NCBI GenBank assembly: GCA_965261545.1
Contig: CBDHDF010000010.1
Span: 224,001-288,000 of the forward strand
Reading direction: 5' to 3'
DNA length: 64,000 nucleotides
Source: Bdellovibrionales bacterium
GTDB taxonomy: Bacteria > Bdellovibrionota > Bdellovibrionia > Bdellovibrionales > UBA1609
Shown here: positions 50,485 through 60,244 of the stretch, piece by piece
How positions within the stretch are numbered: the first letter of the stretch is position 1
Layout: every line of letters starts with the position of its first letter
Translations under genes and position numbers: made by a program
Notes under the pieces: generated by a model
Databases searched by the model: none
Told to the model about the DNA's origin: nothing
The model's input: the letters and a program-made list of their open reading frames with translations, nothing else

Positions 50485-51947
50485 AGCCCTGACAAACTCC
50501 AAAAGCCGGGAAAGCTTTTGTCTACGACCTCAGGATGGAGAATGTGAATAGGGATACCTGACTTTTTTAAGACTCCTGCTGCCATGGCCAGTCTGTGATC
50601 ACAGTCTGTGTTAAATGAAAACTCTTGGGTAGGCAAAGAGTTGGGGGAGACTCCTGTGATGGTAAGTCCATCATCCATAAGCTTTATATCACAGCCAATT
50701 TTTTGCAGAAGTTCAGCCATTTTTAAGATGCGATGGGATTCTTTGTATCTTAAATGTTGAGCGCCGTGGAGGAAGCTTACGCCTTGGGCTCTTCCACAAA
50801 GGGCGGCGAGAACAGGAAACATATCCGGACATTCTTTCATATTTAATTCGATGGCTTTTAATTGAGAAGCCTTTTGGACCCTTAGGTTTCCTTGGGAATC
50901 ACAGCCCACGGGTACGTTCATTTGTTTCAGCACATGGATAAAAAGGCGATCAGGTTGGAGGCTTGTTTGAAATGTTTTTGCGCTTGGCTTGTTGGAACTC
51001 AAAACCTTGATGTCCAGTGTATCTTCAGTAAGTGAGGGGTGAGCCTTAATTTCAGAAAATTGGGAAAAGGGGTCCGTGTGGCTATGAATTTCTGTGGAAG
51101 GATCATTTCCAGGATCTTCTGGGGTATCAATTTGTAGGTGAGGGCTCATGATAGCTGTTCCTGAGACAGCAGCAAGAGCAGCTAAGGCAAACATACAATC
51201 CATATCTGGTTCTATGAGGTACTCTTGTGTGTAGAGTGTTTGCCTTGGGGGAACTGTGTACTCATTTTCCCATGACTCCACATGGAGGCCCAGTTTATGG
51301 ATGAATTTGAGTGTCATATTCCAGTAGGATGATGATACCATTTGATGGCTGAGGGAAAAGTGAAGAGATCGGTTCAGTCCCCAAGCATTGAGCAATACGG
51401 CTGAGGCGAACTGGCTCGATCTTGAACTGTTAATATGGATGGCATCTCCCATGATTTTCCAACCCCAGCTTTTAATCTTCATGGAGTCTTTTCCCAGTTG
51501 GACCTCCATGCCAAGCTGTCGTAGGATAGCCACCAACTCTGTTTGAGGGCGAGAAAAAAGCCTTTTGCTTCCATGGAAGAGGTACTCACCGGGGACCCGT
51601 GAAGCCCTTAGAGCTAAGAATCTAAGCACAGTGCCTGCATCTCCACAATCCACTGAGATCATAGAAGGTGTTTGATAAGGAGTTTGATGATGATGGTGAG
51701 AAGCACTTTTATGTTGGTGAGTCGTGCTTTGGTGGGGGGTGGTAGGTTTTTGGTGGTGGCCCAAAGGATTTTCTGACAGGGCTTTAAGACCTTTCTTCAT
51801 AAGGCTCACATCATTGCATGTGGAGTCTCCATTGATTTCTAGGTCTTTAAAGTGATCTTGCAAAAGGAGGGCGCGGTTCAATAAAGATTTGGAAGAGGGA
51901 ACCTGACCTACAAAATAAAAATCTGACATCATCTCACATCCACCCAT
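50481..51947 (-). CDS. aroA: EPSP synthase
   Basis: PSSKSLLNR, GDAGTVLRF, SSQFASA, CPD, LRYKESHRI, DHRLAMA, KSFPGFW. Confidence 0.92.
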   Translation of the reverse strand: MGGCEMMSDFYFVGQVPSSKSLLNRALLLQDHFKDLEINGDSTCNDVSLMKKGLKALSENPLGHHQKPTTPHQSTTHQHKSASHHHHQTPYQTPSMISVDCGDAGTVLRFLALRASRVPGEYLFHGSKRLFSRPQTELVAILRQLGMEVQLGKDSMKIKSWGWKIMGDAIHINSSRSSQFASAVLLNAWGLNRSLHFSLSHQMVSSSYWNMTLKFIHKLGLHVESWENEYTVPPRQTLYTQEYLIEPDMDCMFALAALAAVSGTAIMSPHLQIDTPEDPGNDPSTEIHSHTDPFSQFSEIKAHPSLTEDTLDIKVLSSNKPSAKTFQTSLQPDRLFIHVLKQMNVPVGCDSQGNLRVQKASQLKAIELNMKECPDMFPVLAALCGRAQGVSFLHGAQHLRYKESHRILKMAELLQKIGCDIKLMDDGLTITGVSPNSLPTQEFSFNTDCDHRLAMAAGVLKKSGIPIHILHPEVVDKSFPGFWSLSGL

Positions 51948-52418
51948 TCATCCATCTAGGTTAGTGGCAAGTTTGCTTTTCACTTCCTTGGGAACATCTA
52001 CTTTTTTCCACTCTTTGGAATCTACAAAAACATGAAGGGTTTTGACAACAGCACACAATTTTTCACTCTGAAAGAGTTGTATTTTGAAAGTCACTGAAGA
52101 TGAACTGAGTTTTGTAATGTCCACTTCTCCGACACACTTTTTGCCTGCGAGGAGGGGGGACGCATATTGGCAACGAGCCTCTTTAATGGGCACCGCCCAG
52201 TGGGGAGATTCAAACCACATACTCCACTCAACTCCTTGATCCGTCAAAAAACCTTCAAGCAGTCGATGGGCTAACTTAAAAGTGTTGGCAAAATAAACGA
52301 CCCCCCCCATATCGGTTTCATCAAAGTGAATGTCAAAGCTTTTAGACCATGTGCGTTTGGTCGTTTTCTTTGTGAGGTTTTGCTTTTCGGTGCAGGGGTT
52401 GCTTGGGTGACTATACAT
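51948..52418 (-). CDS. Hot-dog fold acyl-CoA thioesterase (YbgC/DHNA-CoA type)
   Basis: FDETDMGGVVYFAN motif. Confidence 0.8.
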   Translation of the reverse strand: MYSHPSNPCTEKQNLTKKTTKRTWSKSFDIHFDETDMGGVVYFANTFKLAHRLLEGFLTDQGVEWSMWFESPHWAVPIKEARCQYASPLLAGKKCVGEVDITKLSSSSVTFKIQLFQSEKLCAVVKTLHVFVDSKEWKKVDVPKEVKSKLATNLDG

Positions 52419-53203
52419 TAGAAATTGTCCTTTTTTTCTCTTAATAAGGTGAAGACTTCGAGTTCGTTGAACTCATTGAGTTCATTGGTTGATGAGTGCT
52501 TGAGGCCCAGCGCATATGCAATTTCTTTGGTGTGTGTGCGAAGAAAGGGATTGCATTGGATTTGGTCTTTTAGCTTAAAGGGAACTGTAAATAAGTTGTT
52601 TTTTCTTTGTTCAATAGTTTTGTCATAGTAATTTTGGAGAGCCCTATTGTGGGGATCCCACTGAAGGGCAAATTCACCATTTTTTAAGGTGTACTCATGG
52701 GCACAGTGGACAACTGTGCCAGAGGGAAGACTTTTAAGTTTTTTGAGGCTTTGAAGAAGCTCTTGAGGTGTTCCTTCAAAGAGGCGGCCACAGCCAAGAG
52801 AAAAAAGGGTGTCTCCACAAAAGAGGGCTTTGTGTTGGGGGAAGTGGTAGGCAATATGTCCCTTGGTGTGCCCAGGCACAAAGAGAATTTGTGCCTCTAA
52901 GCGTCCCACAAGGAGGTGATCGCCCTCTTTGAGGCCACGATCCCATCCAGGTATACGGTGTTTGTCGTATTCAGAGGCGACAATTTGGCAGGAGTATTTT
53001 TGTTTGAGTTCGAGGTTGCCCCCGACATGGTCGGGGTGTTGATGAGTGTTGAGAATCCAGTGAAGACGCCATTGGCGTTCTTGTAAAAAGCTATCTATGG
53101 GGTTGAAGCCTGAGGGATCCACGGCGGCAACAGTTTTGGTGTCCTCGTCGTAGATGACAAAGTTGTAATTGTCGTAGAGGGCAGGAAGAGTAAAAATTCT
53201 CAA
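52418..53203 (-). CDS. gloB: Hydroxyacylglutathione hydrolase (glyoxalase II)
   Basis: DNY, THQHPDHVGG, PGHTKGH, GDTLFSLGCGRLFEG, CAHEYT, NPFLR. Likely TTG start overlapping the pdxJ stop. Confidence 0.92.
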   Translation of the reverse strand: MRIFTLPALYDNYNFVIYDEDTKTVAAVDPSGFNPIDSFLQERQWRLHWILNTHQHPDHVGGNLELKQKYSCQIVASEYDKHRIPGWDRGLKEGDHLLVGRLEAQILFVPGHTKGHIAYHFPQHKALFCGDTLFSLGCGRLFEGTPQELLQSLKKLKSLPSGTVVHCAHEYTLKNGEFALQWDPHNRALQNYYDKTIEQRKNNLFTVPFKLKDQIQCNPFLRTHTKEIAYALGLKHSSTNELNEFNELEVFTLLREKKDNF

Positions 53204-54240
53204 AACAACCTCCCATGCAAGCTTTTGTTTTTCGAATTCCCATTGGAATTTTTTCTGTTCAATCCCCCATGGGAGCTTTTGCTCCTCGGAGCAGAGGATG
53301 CGATGCATTGGGAAGTTTTTCTATTTTTATGGAGAATTTTTAGATAGTTCTTAATGGTCGTCTCCATTCCGTCGTAGAGGGCTTCGCAAACTAGGGCGTG
53401 TCCAATGGAAACTTCCTCTATCCAAGGAATGGCTTCGATGAGGAAGCCTAGGTTTTTCTGGTTGAGATCATGGCCGGCATTGACACCTATGTTGAGATCT
53501 TTGGCCAAGTGAGCTAGGTTTTTATAGGCTTCTAAGGTGGCATGACTTTTTAGGTTGGTATCATCTTCTAGGATGGAGCCACATAGATGGTTGTCAAAAT
53601 TTTCTGTAAGGTTTTTCTTCCAGCCTTCTTCAAAGCCTTCTGCAAAGTGTTCTGTGTAAAGTTCCACCCGTGAGGGAGCGAGTTCTTGGAGAGCCTTGGT
53701 TTCCCTAGGATTCCAATTCATGGGGTTTATAAAGAGGGAGCTTCGAATACTCTTTGTTTTTAACTTAGAGATGACACCTTTGAGGAGGTGTTTACTTTTG
53801 TCAAGCTCCCACCCAGCATTGGAGGTGAGAACATGGGGGGGATCGGGAACGAGGGTGCACTGTGTGGGTTCAATCTCCATGACCAGGCTTAAAAATTCTG
53901 GACTGGGGTAGCCCTCGATATTGAATTCAACGAGTTGGTGGCCTTTATTGCAGCTTTTGTGGTGGTTTTTTCTTTGGTCGTTGCTACGGTCTGTGGACTG
54001 ACTCTTGCTTTGATTATGGGTTTGCCTTGCGCGTTGGTCATTGATTTGTTCGAGGAGAGAGGAAATTTCAAAAACATCCAAACGGCGTATATGCCTTTCG
54101 TCGGGGCGAGGGTGAATCGTAATCCCATGGGCCCCCCATGTGAGGATATCCTCTGTCATCTTAAGGATATGGGGGTTATTCTTTCCTCGTGCATTGCGTA
54201 AAGTTGCAAGTTTATTGATATTTGTACTGAGTTTTATCAT
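53200..54240 (-). CDS. pdxJ: Pyridoxine 5'-phosphate synthase, with insertions
   Basis: NINKLATLRNAR, GITIHPRPDERHIR, EFNIEG, TLVPD, ELYT, NAGHDL, EVSIGH. Confidence 0.93.
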   Translation of the reverse strand: MIKLSTNINKLATLRNARGKNNPHILKMTEDILTWGAHGITIHPRPDERHIRRLDVFEISSLLEQINDQRARQTHNQSKSQSTDRSNDQRKNHHKSCNKGHQLVEFNIEGYPSPEFLSLVMEIEPTQCTLVPDPPHVLTSNAGWELDKSKHLLKGVISKLKTKSIRSSLFINPMNWNPRETKALQELAPSRVELYTEHFAEGFEEGWKKNLTENFDNHLCGSILEDDTNLKSHATLEAYKNLAHLAKDLNIGVNAGHDLNQKNLGFLIEAIPWIEEVSIGHALVCEALYDGMETTIKNYLKILHKNRKTSQCIASSAPRSKSSHGGLNRKNSNGNSKNKSLHGRLF

Positions 54241-54460
54241 GGGCTGTAAACTATCACAGCCTTGTGTTTTTGTGGATTCAGTAACTGATTAAATATGCAG
54301 CATGTTAATTCATCGCTGTTGCAAAATTGTTTGGAGCATTTTCACCAAAAGCCTAGGACCCATGGAAGAGCCAAGGAGTAGATATGTGTAGATTGTGTAG
54401 ATATGTTTAAATCCTATTCACAGGTCACCCCTCCTCTCATGATATTATGAGTTCCTTAAG

Positions 54461-54476
54461 TGGCACGATCTTTGCT
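54461..54476 (+). promoter_or_regulatory. Sigma54 -24/-12 promoter
   Basis: TGGCACGATCTTTGCT, near-perfect consensus just upstream of 54490. Confidence 0.75.
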
Positions 54477-54489
54477 TATGTAATCAAGT

Positions 54490-55284
54490 ATGGAATCTTT
54501 AAGAAAAAAATTGAAAAATGGTCGCAATATTAGCAATACAATAACAATGTTCTTTTTTGGCTTGGCTCTTTTAGGGTTGATGGCTTGTAGTGGAGGAGAC
54601 GACAGAGTCCAAAGGAAGCCAGTGTCTCAAGCCCATGAGCATCGAACAGATGGAAATACTGACGGTGATGTCAATGGCACTGTGGAGCCTCCTGAATCCT
54701 TTGATGATGAGTATTATTCTGGGCGCATTTTAGGCTCTCCTCAAGAGGAGTTTCAGTATGGCGTGGATAATCTGGTGTCTTCCTTTATGGACCCCGTGAG
54801 TGAAGAAGCTGGGTTGGGATATGTGAGTGGAGTTCAGGGAGATGACACGGGTGTATGGCTCAATGGATACCTCAAGGTGAATGGAGGTTTTAATGAAAAC
54901 ACTGGCGGTCAAAAGAGTTTTGTTCAAGGAGCCTCTTTTATCAATGTTCTTATTTGGGATGAGCATGCGGGGCTAGAGGCCAAAGAGGGGGGACTGATTC
55001 CAGGCATTAAAATAGGTCCTGCTCGCTTGGTCAGTGGGAAGATTCAAGGCCACAATGTGGAAGTTGAATTTTCATATCGAGATAAAAATGGGTATCTTTT
55101 AGGCTACCTTATATTGATGGGTTCTTACAATACTGAGATATTTTCAGGCACTTTTCACTTTGACAACGAATTCTTCAGCGACTCCAAATACAATGATGGT
55201 GGTTATGGGTGTGATGGCAAAGGAGCCTGTGGACAAATGGGGAGTTTTTCGATTCCCACCTGTCAAATATTTGACTGTCGTTAA
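54490..55284 (+). CDS. Hypothetical lipoprotein
   Basis: LMAC lipobox; Gly-rich beta-like domain; C-terminal Cys cluster. Confidence 0.7.
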   Translation: MESLRKKLKNGRNISNTITMFFFGLALLGLMACSGGDDRVQRKPVSQAHEHRTDGNTDGDVNGTVEPPESFDDEYYSGRILGSPQEEFQYGVDNLVSSFMDPVSEEAGLGYVSGVQGDDTGVWLNGYLKVNGGFNENTGGQKSFVQGASFINVLIWDEHAGLEAKEGGLIPGIKIGPARLVSGKIQGHNVEVEFSYRDKNGYLLGYLILMGSYNTEIFSGTFHFDNEFFSDSKYNDGGYGCDGKGACGQMGSFSIPTCQIFDCR

Positions 55285-55524
55285 CTCAGCCCCATGACTA
55301 GTAAAGACACAATGCCATTCGTCATGGGAGGATCAGAAGAGCGAAATAATGCGTCGCAAAACAAATTTTGATTTTGAATCACTATGTCATATTACGACTT
55401 CAAGTCCCACAACAAATCGTTATACAATGATGGAATGGAGTTCAAATAACAAAGAGTCAAATGGAACAAAACGCACCCAAACTAAAGTAAGCCCACCTAA
55501 TTTTCACCTTGAGGAGACACAAAC

Positions 55525-57876
55525 ATGTCAGGCCATGAAAAAGGACACAACTTTCATCAGGCAGCCCTTGAATATCATCGTCAGGGGAAACCAGGAAAAG
55601 TCGATGTGCAATCGAGCAAAGCCTGTAAAACAGAATACGACCTTTCCCTGGCCTACTCTCCAGGTGTAGCTGCCCCCTGCAAAGAAATCTTTCAATCACC
55701 TCAAAAAGCCTATGAATACACGACCAAGGGAAATCTCGTCGCTGTTGTAAGCAACGGAAGTGCCGTGCTCGGTCTGGGAAATATAGGAGCCCTTGCAGGC
55801 AAGCCCGTCATGGAGGGAAAGGGAGTTCTCTTTAAGCAGTTTGCCAATATTGACGTTTTTGACCTGGAAATTGATGCCAAGAGTGCGGATGAAATCATCG
55901 CCGTTGTCAAAGCCCTTGAACCCACTTTTGGTGGCATTAACCTCGAAGACATCAAAGCCCCCGAGTGCTTTATTGTGGAGGAGGCTCTCAAAAAACAAAT
56001 GAATATTCCTGTCTTTCACGACGACCAACACGGCACTGCCATTATATCAGCGGCAGCTTTTCTCAACGCCTGTGATATTACCCATAAAAAAATTGATGAA
56101 ATCAAAGTTGTCTTCAATGGGGCTGGAGCTGCTTCCATCGCCTGTGCCAAGCTTTTTAAAAAGCTCGGCGTGCAACGAGAACACCTCATCATGTGTGACT
56201 CCAAGGGAGTGATTCATTCGGAGCGACAAGAGGGAATAAATCCCTACAAGCAGGAATTTGCCATCGACACTCCCCACAGAACCCTTGAAGATGCCATAAA
56301 AGGAGCCGATATCTTTTGTGGCTTGAGTGTGGCGGGAGTTCTCACTCGCCCCATGATTGAATCTATGGGAGCCAACCCCATTGTCTTTGCCATGGCCAAC
56401 CCCGACCCCGAAATTATTCCCACAGAGGCCAAGGCCATTCGCAAAGATATTATCGTGGCCACGGGGAGATCTGATTACCCCAACCAAGTCAACAATGTGC
56501 TGGGTTTTCCAAGCATTTTTCGTGGGGCTCTCGATGTTCAGGCCACGGGAATCAACGAAGAAATGAAACTTGCAGCGGTCCACGCCCTCGCCGCCCTCGC
56601 CAGGCAGGATGTCCCTGACAGTGTCTCTGCCGCCTACGACGATCAGGCCTTTCACTACGGCCCCGATTATATTATCCCCAAGCCCTTTGACCCTCGGGTT
56701 CTCATCCATGTCGCACCTGCGGTGGCCCAAGCAGCCATGAATTCGGGAGTGGCCCAAAAACCCATCAAAGATTTAAATGCCTATAAAGAACACCTCGAAG
56801 CTCAACAAAGCGTGAAGCAAGGTTTTATCCGAACCAATATCAATCGAGTGAAACATACATCCTATAACCAGCACCAAGAACTTCCCACCTTGATCTTCCC
56901 CGAAGGCAAGAGTGAGAAAGTCTTAAAAGCCTTAAATGCTATTGAGAGAGAAAAGATCATTCATCCTATTCTCCTTGGTGACGAAATAGAAGTGCGACAA
57001 AAAATGGAGGATCTAGGCTTGGACAACCTTATAGATATTCCCATTTACCGTCCACCGAACCACTCCCATTACAAAAACTACGTGGAATCTTTCTACCAAA
57101 TGCGCCAACGCAAGGGAGTTATGTTGTCAGAGTCTGAGAGACTCATGAGCGACCCCTACTATTTTGCCTCCATGGCCGTTCACCTAGGAGATGCCGACGG
57201 CATGATTTCGGGAGCTATACAAAACTATGCCGACTGTGTGAGACCCATTCTTGAAATCATTGGAACCACAAAAAATCGTGTGGCCTCAGGTCTCATCATG
57301 ATGCTCTTTAAAGATAAAATGTATTTTTTGGCGGACACCACCGTTAATATTGACCCCACGGCTCAACAAATTGCCACCACCGCTATTTATGCCTCCAAAG
57401 CTGCCGAATTTTTTGGCATTGAACCGCATATTGCTATGCTTAGTTATTCCAACTTTGTTGGTAAGCTTGAAAACCCCAAAAAAATGAAAGAAGCCGCTCG
57501 ACTGGTCAAAAAGTTTCACCCCGAATTGAGTGTGGATGGAGAAATGCAAGCCGACACGGCTGTTAATGGAGAGATCACCCGTCGAATTTTTCCATTTTGC
57601 CATCTCAAAGACGGAGCCAATATCCTTATTTTCCCCAACCTTGATGCTGGCAACATCGCCTACAAACTCATACAGCAATTAAGTGAGGGGGAGGTTCTTG
57701 GCCCCTTTCTCATGGGCATTCAAAAGCCTGCCAACGTGCTACAAAGAACCTGTAGTGTTGATGATATCATCAACACCATTGTTCTCACAGCTTTGGCGAC
57801 CCAAGAATATAAGAAGAACCATAGGGCAAAGAAAAAGACCTTAAGCACTCCCGCTGTCCTCAGCCATGTTGTATGA
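55525..57876 (+). CDS. maeB: NADP-dependent malic enzyme with PTA domain
   Basis: [55 protein letters not shown]. Confidence 0.96.
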   Translation: MSGHEKGHNFHQAALEYHRQGKPGKVDVQSSKACKTEYDLSLAYSPGVAAPCKEIFQSPQKAYEYTTKGNLVAVVSNGSAVLGLGNIGALAGKPVMEGKGVLFKQFANIDVFDLEIDAKSADEIIAVVKALEPTFGGINLEDIKAPECFIVEEALKKQMNIPVFHDDQHGTAIISAAAFLNACDITHKKIDEIKVVFNGAGAASIACAKLFKKLGVQREHLIMCDSKGVIHSERQEGINPYKQEFAIDTPHRTLEDAIKGADIFCGLSVAGVLTRPMIESMGANPIVFAMANPDPEIIPTEAKAIRKDIIVATGRSDYPNQVNNVLGFPSIFRGALDVQATGINEEMKLAAVHALAALARQDVPDSVSAAYDDQAFHYGPDYIIPKPFDPRVLIHVAPAVAQAAMNSGVAQKPIKDLNAYKEHLEAQQSVKQGFIRTNINRVKHTSYNQHQELPTLIFPEGKSEKVLKALNAIEREKIIHPILLGDEIEVRQKMEDLGLDNLIDIPIYRPPNHSHYKNYVESFYQMRQRKGVMLSESERLMSDPYYFASMAVHLGDADGMISGAIQNYADCVRPILEIIGTTKNRVASGLIMMLFKDKMYFLADTTVNIDPTAQQIATTAIYASKAAEFFGIEPHIAMLSYSNFVGKLENPKKMKEAARLVKKFHPELSVDGEMQADTAVNGEITRRIFPFCHLKDGANILIFPNLDAGNIAYKLIQQLSEGEVLGPFLMGIQKPANVLQRTCSVDDIINTIVLTALATQEYKKNHRAKKKTLSTPAVLSHVV

Positions 57877-59162
57877 AATTTCCACCGTCGTATGAAATGA
57901 AATCCTATGAAATTGCCATTGTCGTGGGTGTCGGACTCAAAGGGACCTCCATGGACGAAATCAAAGAAAACCTGTCTGAGCTACAAGAGCTTGCCCATGC
58001 TGCGGGAGCCAAAGTATTGGCTGTGACCCTTCAAAGACTCCCCAAGATTCATCCCGCCACTTTGATTGGAAGAGGTAAAGCCGAAGAAATTGCCGAACTC
58101 GTTAAAGGCTGCAAAGCCTCTTTGGTGATTGTGGATCACCCCCTTTCAGGAGTTCAAAGTCGAAATTTAGAAAAAAAAATGGAGGCTCGGGTTCTTGATC
58201 GAAGCCAGCTCATTTTGGATATCTTCGCTCAAAGAGCTCGAACCTACGAGGGCAAGCTTCAAGTGGAACTCGCCCAAAGGCTGGACCAAATGCCCCGCAT
58301 GGTGGGTGCGTGGCATGGCTCTCTCTCTCGTCAAGGGGGAGGCATTGGCACCCGTGGTCCCGGAGAAAAAGCCCTTGAAATTGATCGTCGCAGTATTCAA
58401 GAACGGGTCAAGCAAATTCGGCAAAAGCTGGAATTGGTGCGCTCCCAGCGATCCCAACACCGCTCCCAAAGAAGGCGCCGGCAAGTCCCCAGTTTTTCAT
58501 TGATTGGCTATACAAACTCGGGAAAAAGCACCCTTCTCAACCACCTGACTCGATCCAATGTCTTTGTCAAAAACCAGCTCTTTGCCACACTGGATCCCAC
58601 GACGAGAAAGGTGTATCTCCCCCAGATCGGGGAAGCTGTCATCACAGATACCGTGGGATTTATCAGAAAGCTTCCCACTCACCTCATTGAAGCTTTCAAA
58701 GCCACCCTTGAAGAATCGACAGAGGCCGATGTTCTTCTTCATGTCATTGACCTCTCCAGCCCACACATGGAAAAGCATATCCAAGTGGTCAACGAACTCA
58801 TTGATGAACTCGGTTGGAGAGAAAAACCCATCCTCCATGTTTTTAACAAAGTGGACCTTGCTTCTGCCTCCAAGTTTTTTCAAATCAAGGAAACTCCCCG
58901 AGTTTTTATCAGTGCCCAAAGGGGGGAGGGAATAGAAAAGCTCAAACAATGGATGTGCCAATCCCTACAAAAACAACAGCCACTCTTGGAACTGTTCTTT
59001 CCCCAACTTGAAGAGCATAAAATCTATGAACTTGGACACCAAGCCAAACTTCACAAAGTAGAAAAGGGAAGCACGGGAACCATCTGTCATGTCTTCCTCT
59101 CGAAAACCCAACTGGGTCCATGGCAAAAATACCTTGTAAGAACAATCACAGCCACCCCGTAA
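57873..59162 (+). CDS. hflX: GTPase HflX
   Basis: LILDIFAQRA, GTRGPGE, GYTNSGKS, LFATLDPT, DTVGFI, NKVD. Confidence 0.96.
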   Translation: MKFPPSYEMKSYEIAIVVGVGLKGTSMDEIKENLSELQELAHAAGAKVLAVTLQRLPKIHPATLIGRGKAEEIAELVKGCKASLVIVDHPLSGVQSRNLEKKMEARVLDRSQLILDIFAQRARTYEGKLQVELAQRLDQMPRMVGAWHGSLSRQGGGIGTRGPGEKALEIDRRSIQERVKQIRQKLELVRSQRSQHRSQRRRRQVPSFSLIGYTNSGKSTLLNHLTRSNVFVKNQLFATLDPTTRKVYLPQIGEAVITDTVGFIRKLPTHLIEAFKATLEESTEADVLLHVIDLSSPHMEKHIQVVNELIDELGWREKPILHVFNKVDLASASKFFQIKETPRVFISAQRGEGIEKLKQWMCQSLQKQQPLLELFFPQLEEHKIYELGHQAKLHKVEKGSTGTICHVFLSKTQLGPWQKYLVRTITATP

Positions 59163-59214
59163 AAGTAAGAAACTCTACCCTGTCACTCGAAGTTTTCACT
59201 CACTTTCCATAAAA

Positions 59215-59844
59215 TCACTCAAATAATAAATAATAAGTTCCTTTAGCACAAGCCACCGCAGATAAAACAGCTCCTCCCAGTGCAGCTCCTCTTATTGCTG
59301 TTGCTTCAGCCATTGCTTTTGCACTAGTGACTGTTCCCACCAACACTTCTCCTGTTCCTCCTAAGGCCATAGCTGCTCCCACGAATGCTTTTGCAGCCCC
59401 CTCTGTTCCTTTTACGGGCAGGCCCATTTCTCTCTGTGCTGCCAGTGCTTCTTTTTCTTCTTTGAATCCTTCCAATACTACAGCCCCTCCAACACCTGCG
59501 GCGCATCCAGCCCCTATGGAAACAGCGATCCATTGAATCGCAGGCGGCACCACTCCCAATGCAGGAAGAACGGCAAGGTGTATGGGGTCTTCCAAAGCAG
59601 GGTCATCATGGCTAGAACTTTGAAGCATGTCTTTAACACTTTGAACATCATGGAGCAGGGCCTGATGAATTTGGTCCGAGGAAAGGACTTCTTTTTCATG
59701 GCCACTTGATAGTTCCCAATCAGAGTTCTCAGAGATGGCTGAATACCCATAAATGGGAGTCAAAATCAAAGTTGATACAGTGATTATGGGTATAATTGTA
59801 GTAAACATGACTGTCGCTATTATTGTAGGTATAGTTTTAAACAT
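59215..59844 (-). CDS. Secreted Gly/Ala-rich (glycine-zipper-like) hypothetical protein
   Basis: GGAGG RBS, signal peptide, acidic segment, GxxxG-rich hydrophobic helices. Confidence 0.65.
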   Translation of the reverse strand: MFKTIPTIIATVMFTTIIPIITVSTLILTPIYGYSAISENSDWELSSGHEKEVLSSDQIHQALLHDVQSVKDMLQSSSHDDPALEDPIHLAVLPALGVVPPAIQWIAVSIGAGCAAGVGGAVVLEGFKEEKEALAAQREMGLPVKGTEGAAKAFVGAAMALGGTGEVLVGTVTSAKAMAEATAIRGAALGGAVLSAVACAKGTYYLLFE

Positions 59845-59902
59845 TACAAACCTCCTTTATTTGAGTGACACTACGACACAAGATCGTTTTCTTTCATTAT
59901 GA

Positions 59903-59918
59903 AGCAAATGCCATGCCA
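59903..59918 (-). promoter_or_regulatory. Sigma54 -24/-12 promoter
   Basis: TGGCATGGCATTTGCT (GG-N10-GC) about 60 bp upstream of 59844. Confidence 0.65.
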
Positions 59919-60244
59919 AAGTGATGGTGGCCATTTATCACCTAAAAATCTATTTATCTCACTTCAGCACCTATTTAGCGACCAAGCTATGAGTCATATA
60001 TAGAGTCTCATAGAGTCATAATGGAATTTGAAGAAACCCAGAGACATTTAGAGGCACGAAGCGTTATATTCTTAAACAGTGTTTACTTTTAAACACTCTA
60101 ATCCTCCGCCCATCGGGGTCGGTTCTTGACACAAGACAATATGCCCTATAGGCTCCTAGCTGACACATAAGGTCCTGGTGAATGAAGCTTTTTGATAAGT
60201 GTTATTTGATAAAGGAAAAGCGGTAAAGAGGACAAAGGAACCAA

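Noticed and set aside
56047..56757. 236-aa antisense ORF and similar shadow ORFs throughout
   Set aside because: They lie opposite or within well-supported genes such as maeB; codon-symmetry artefacts.
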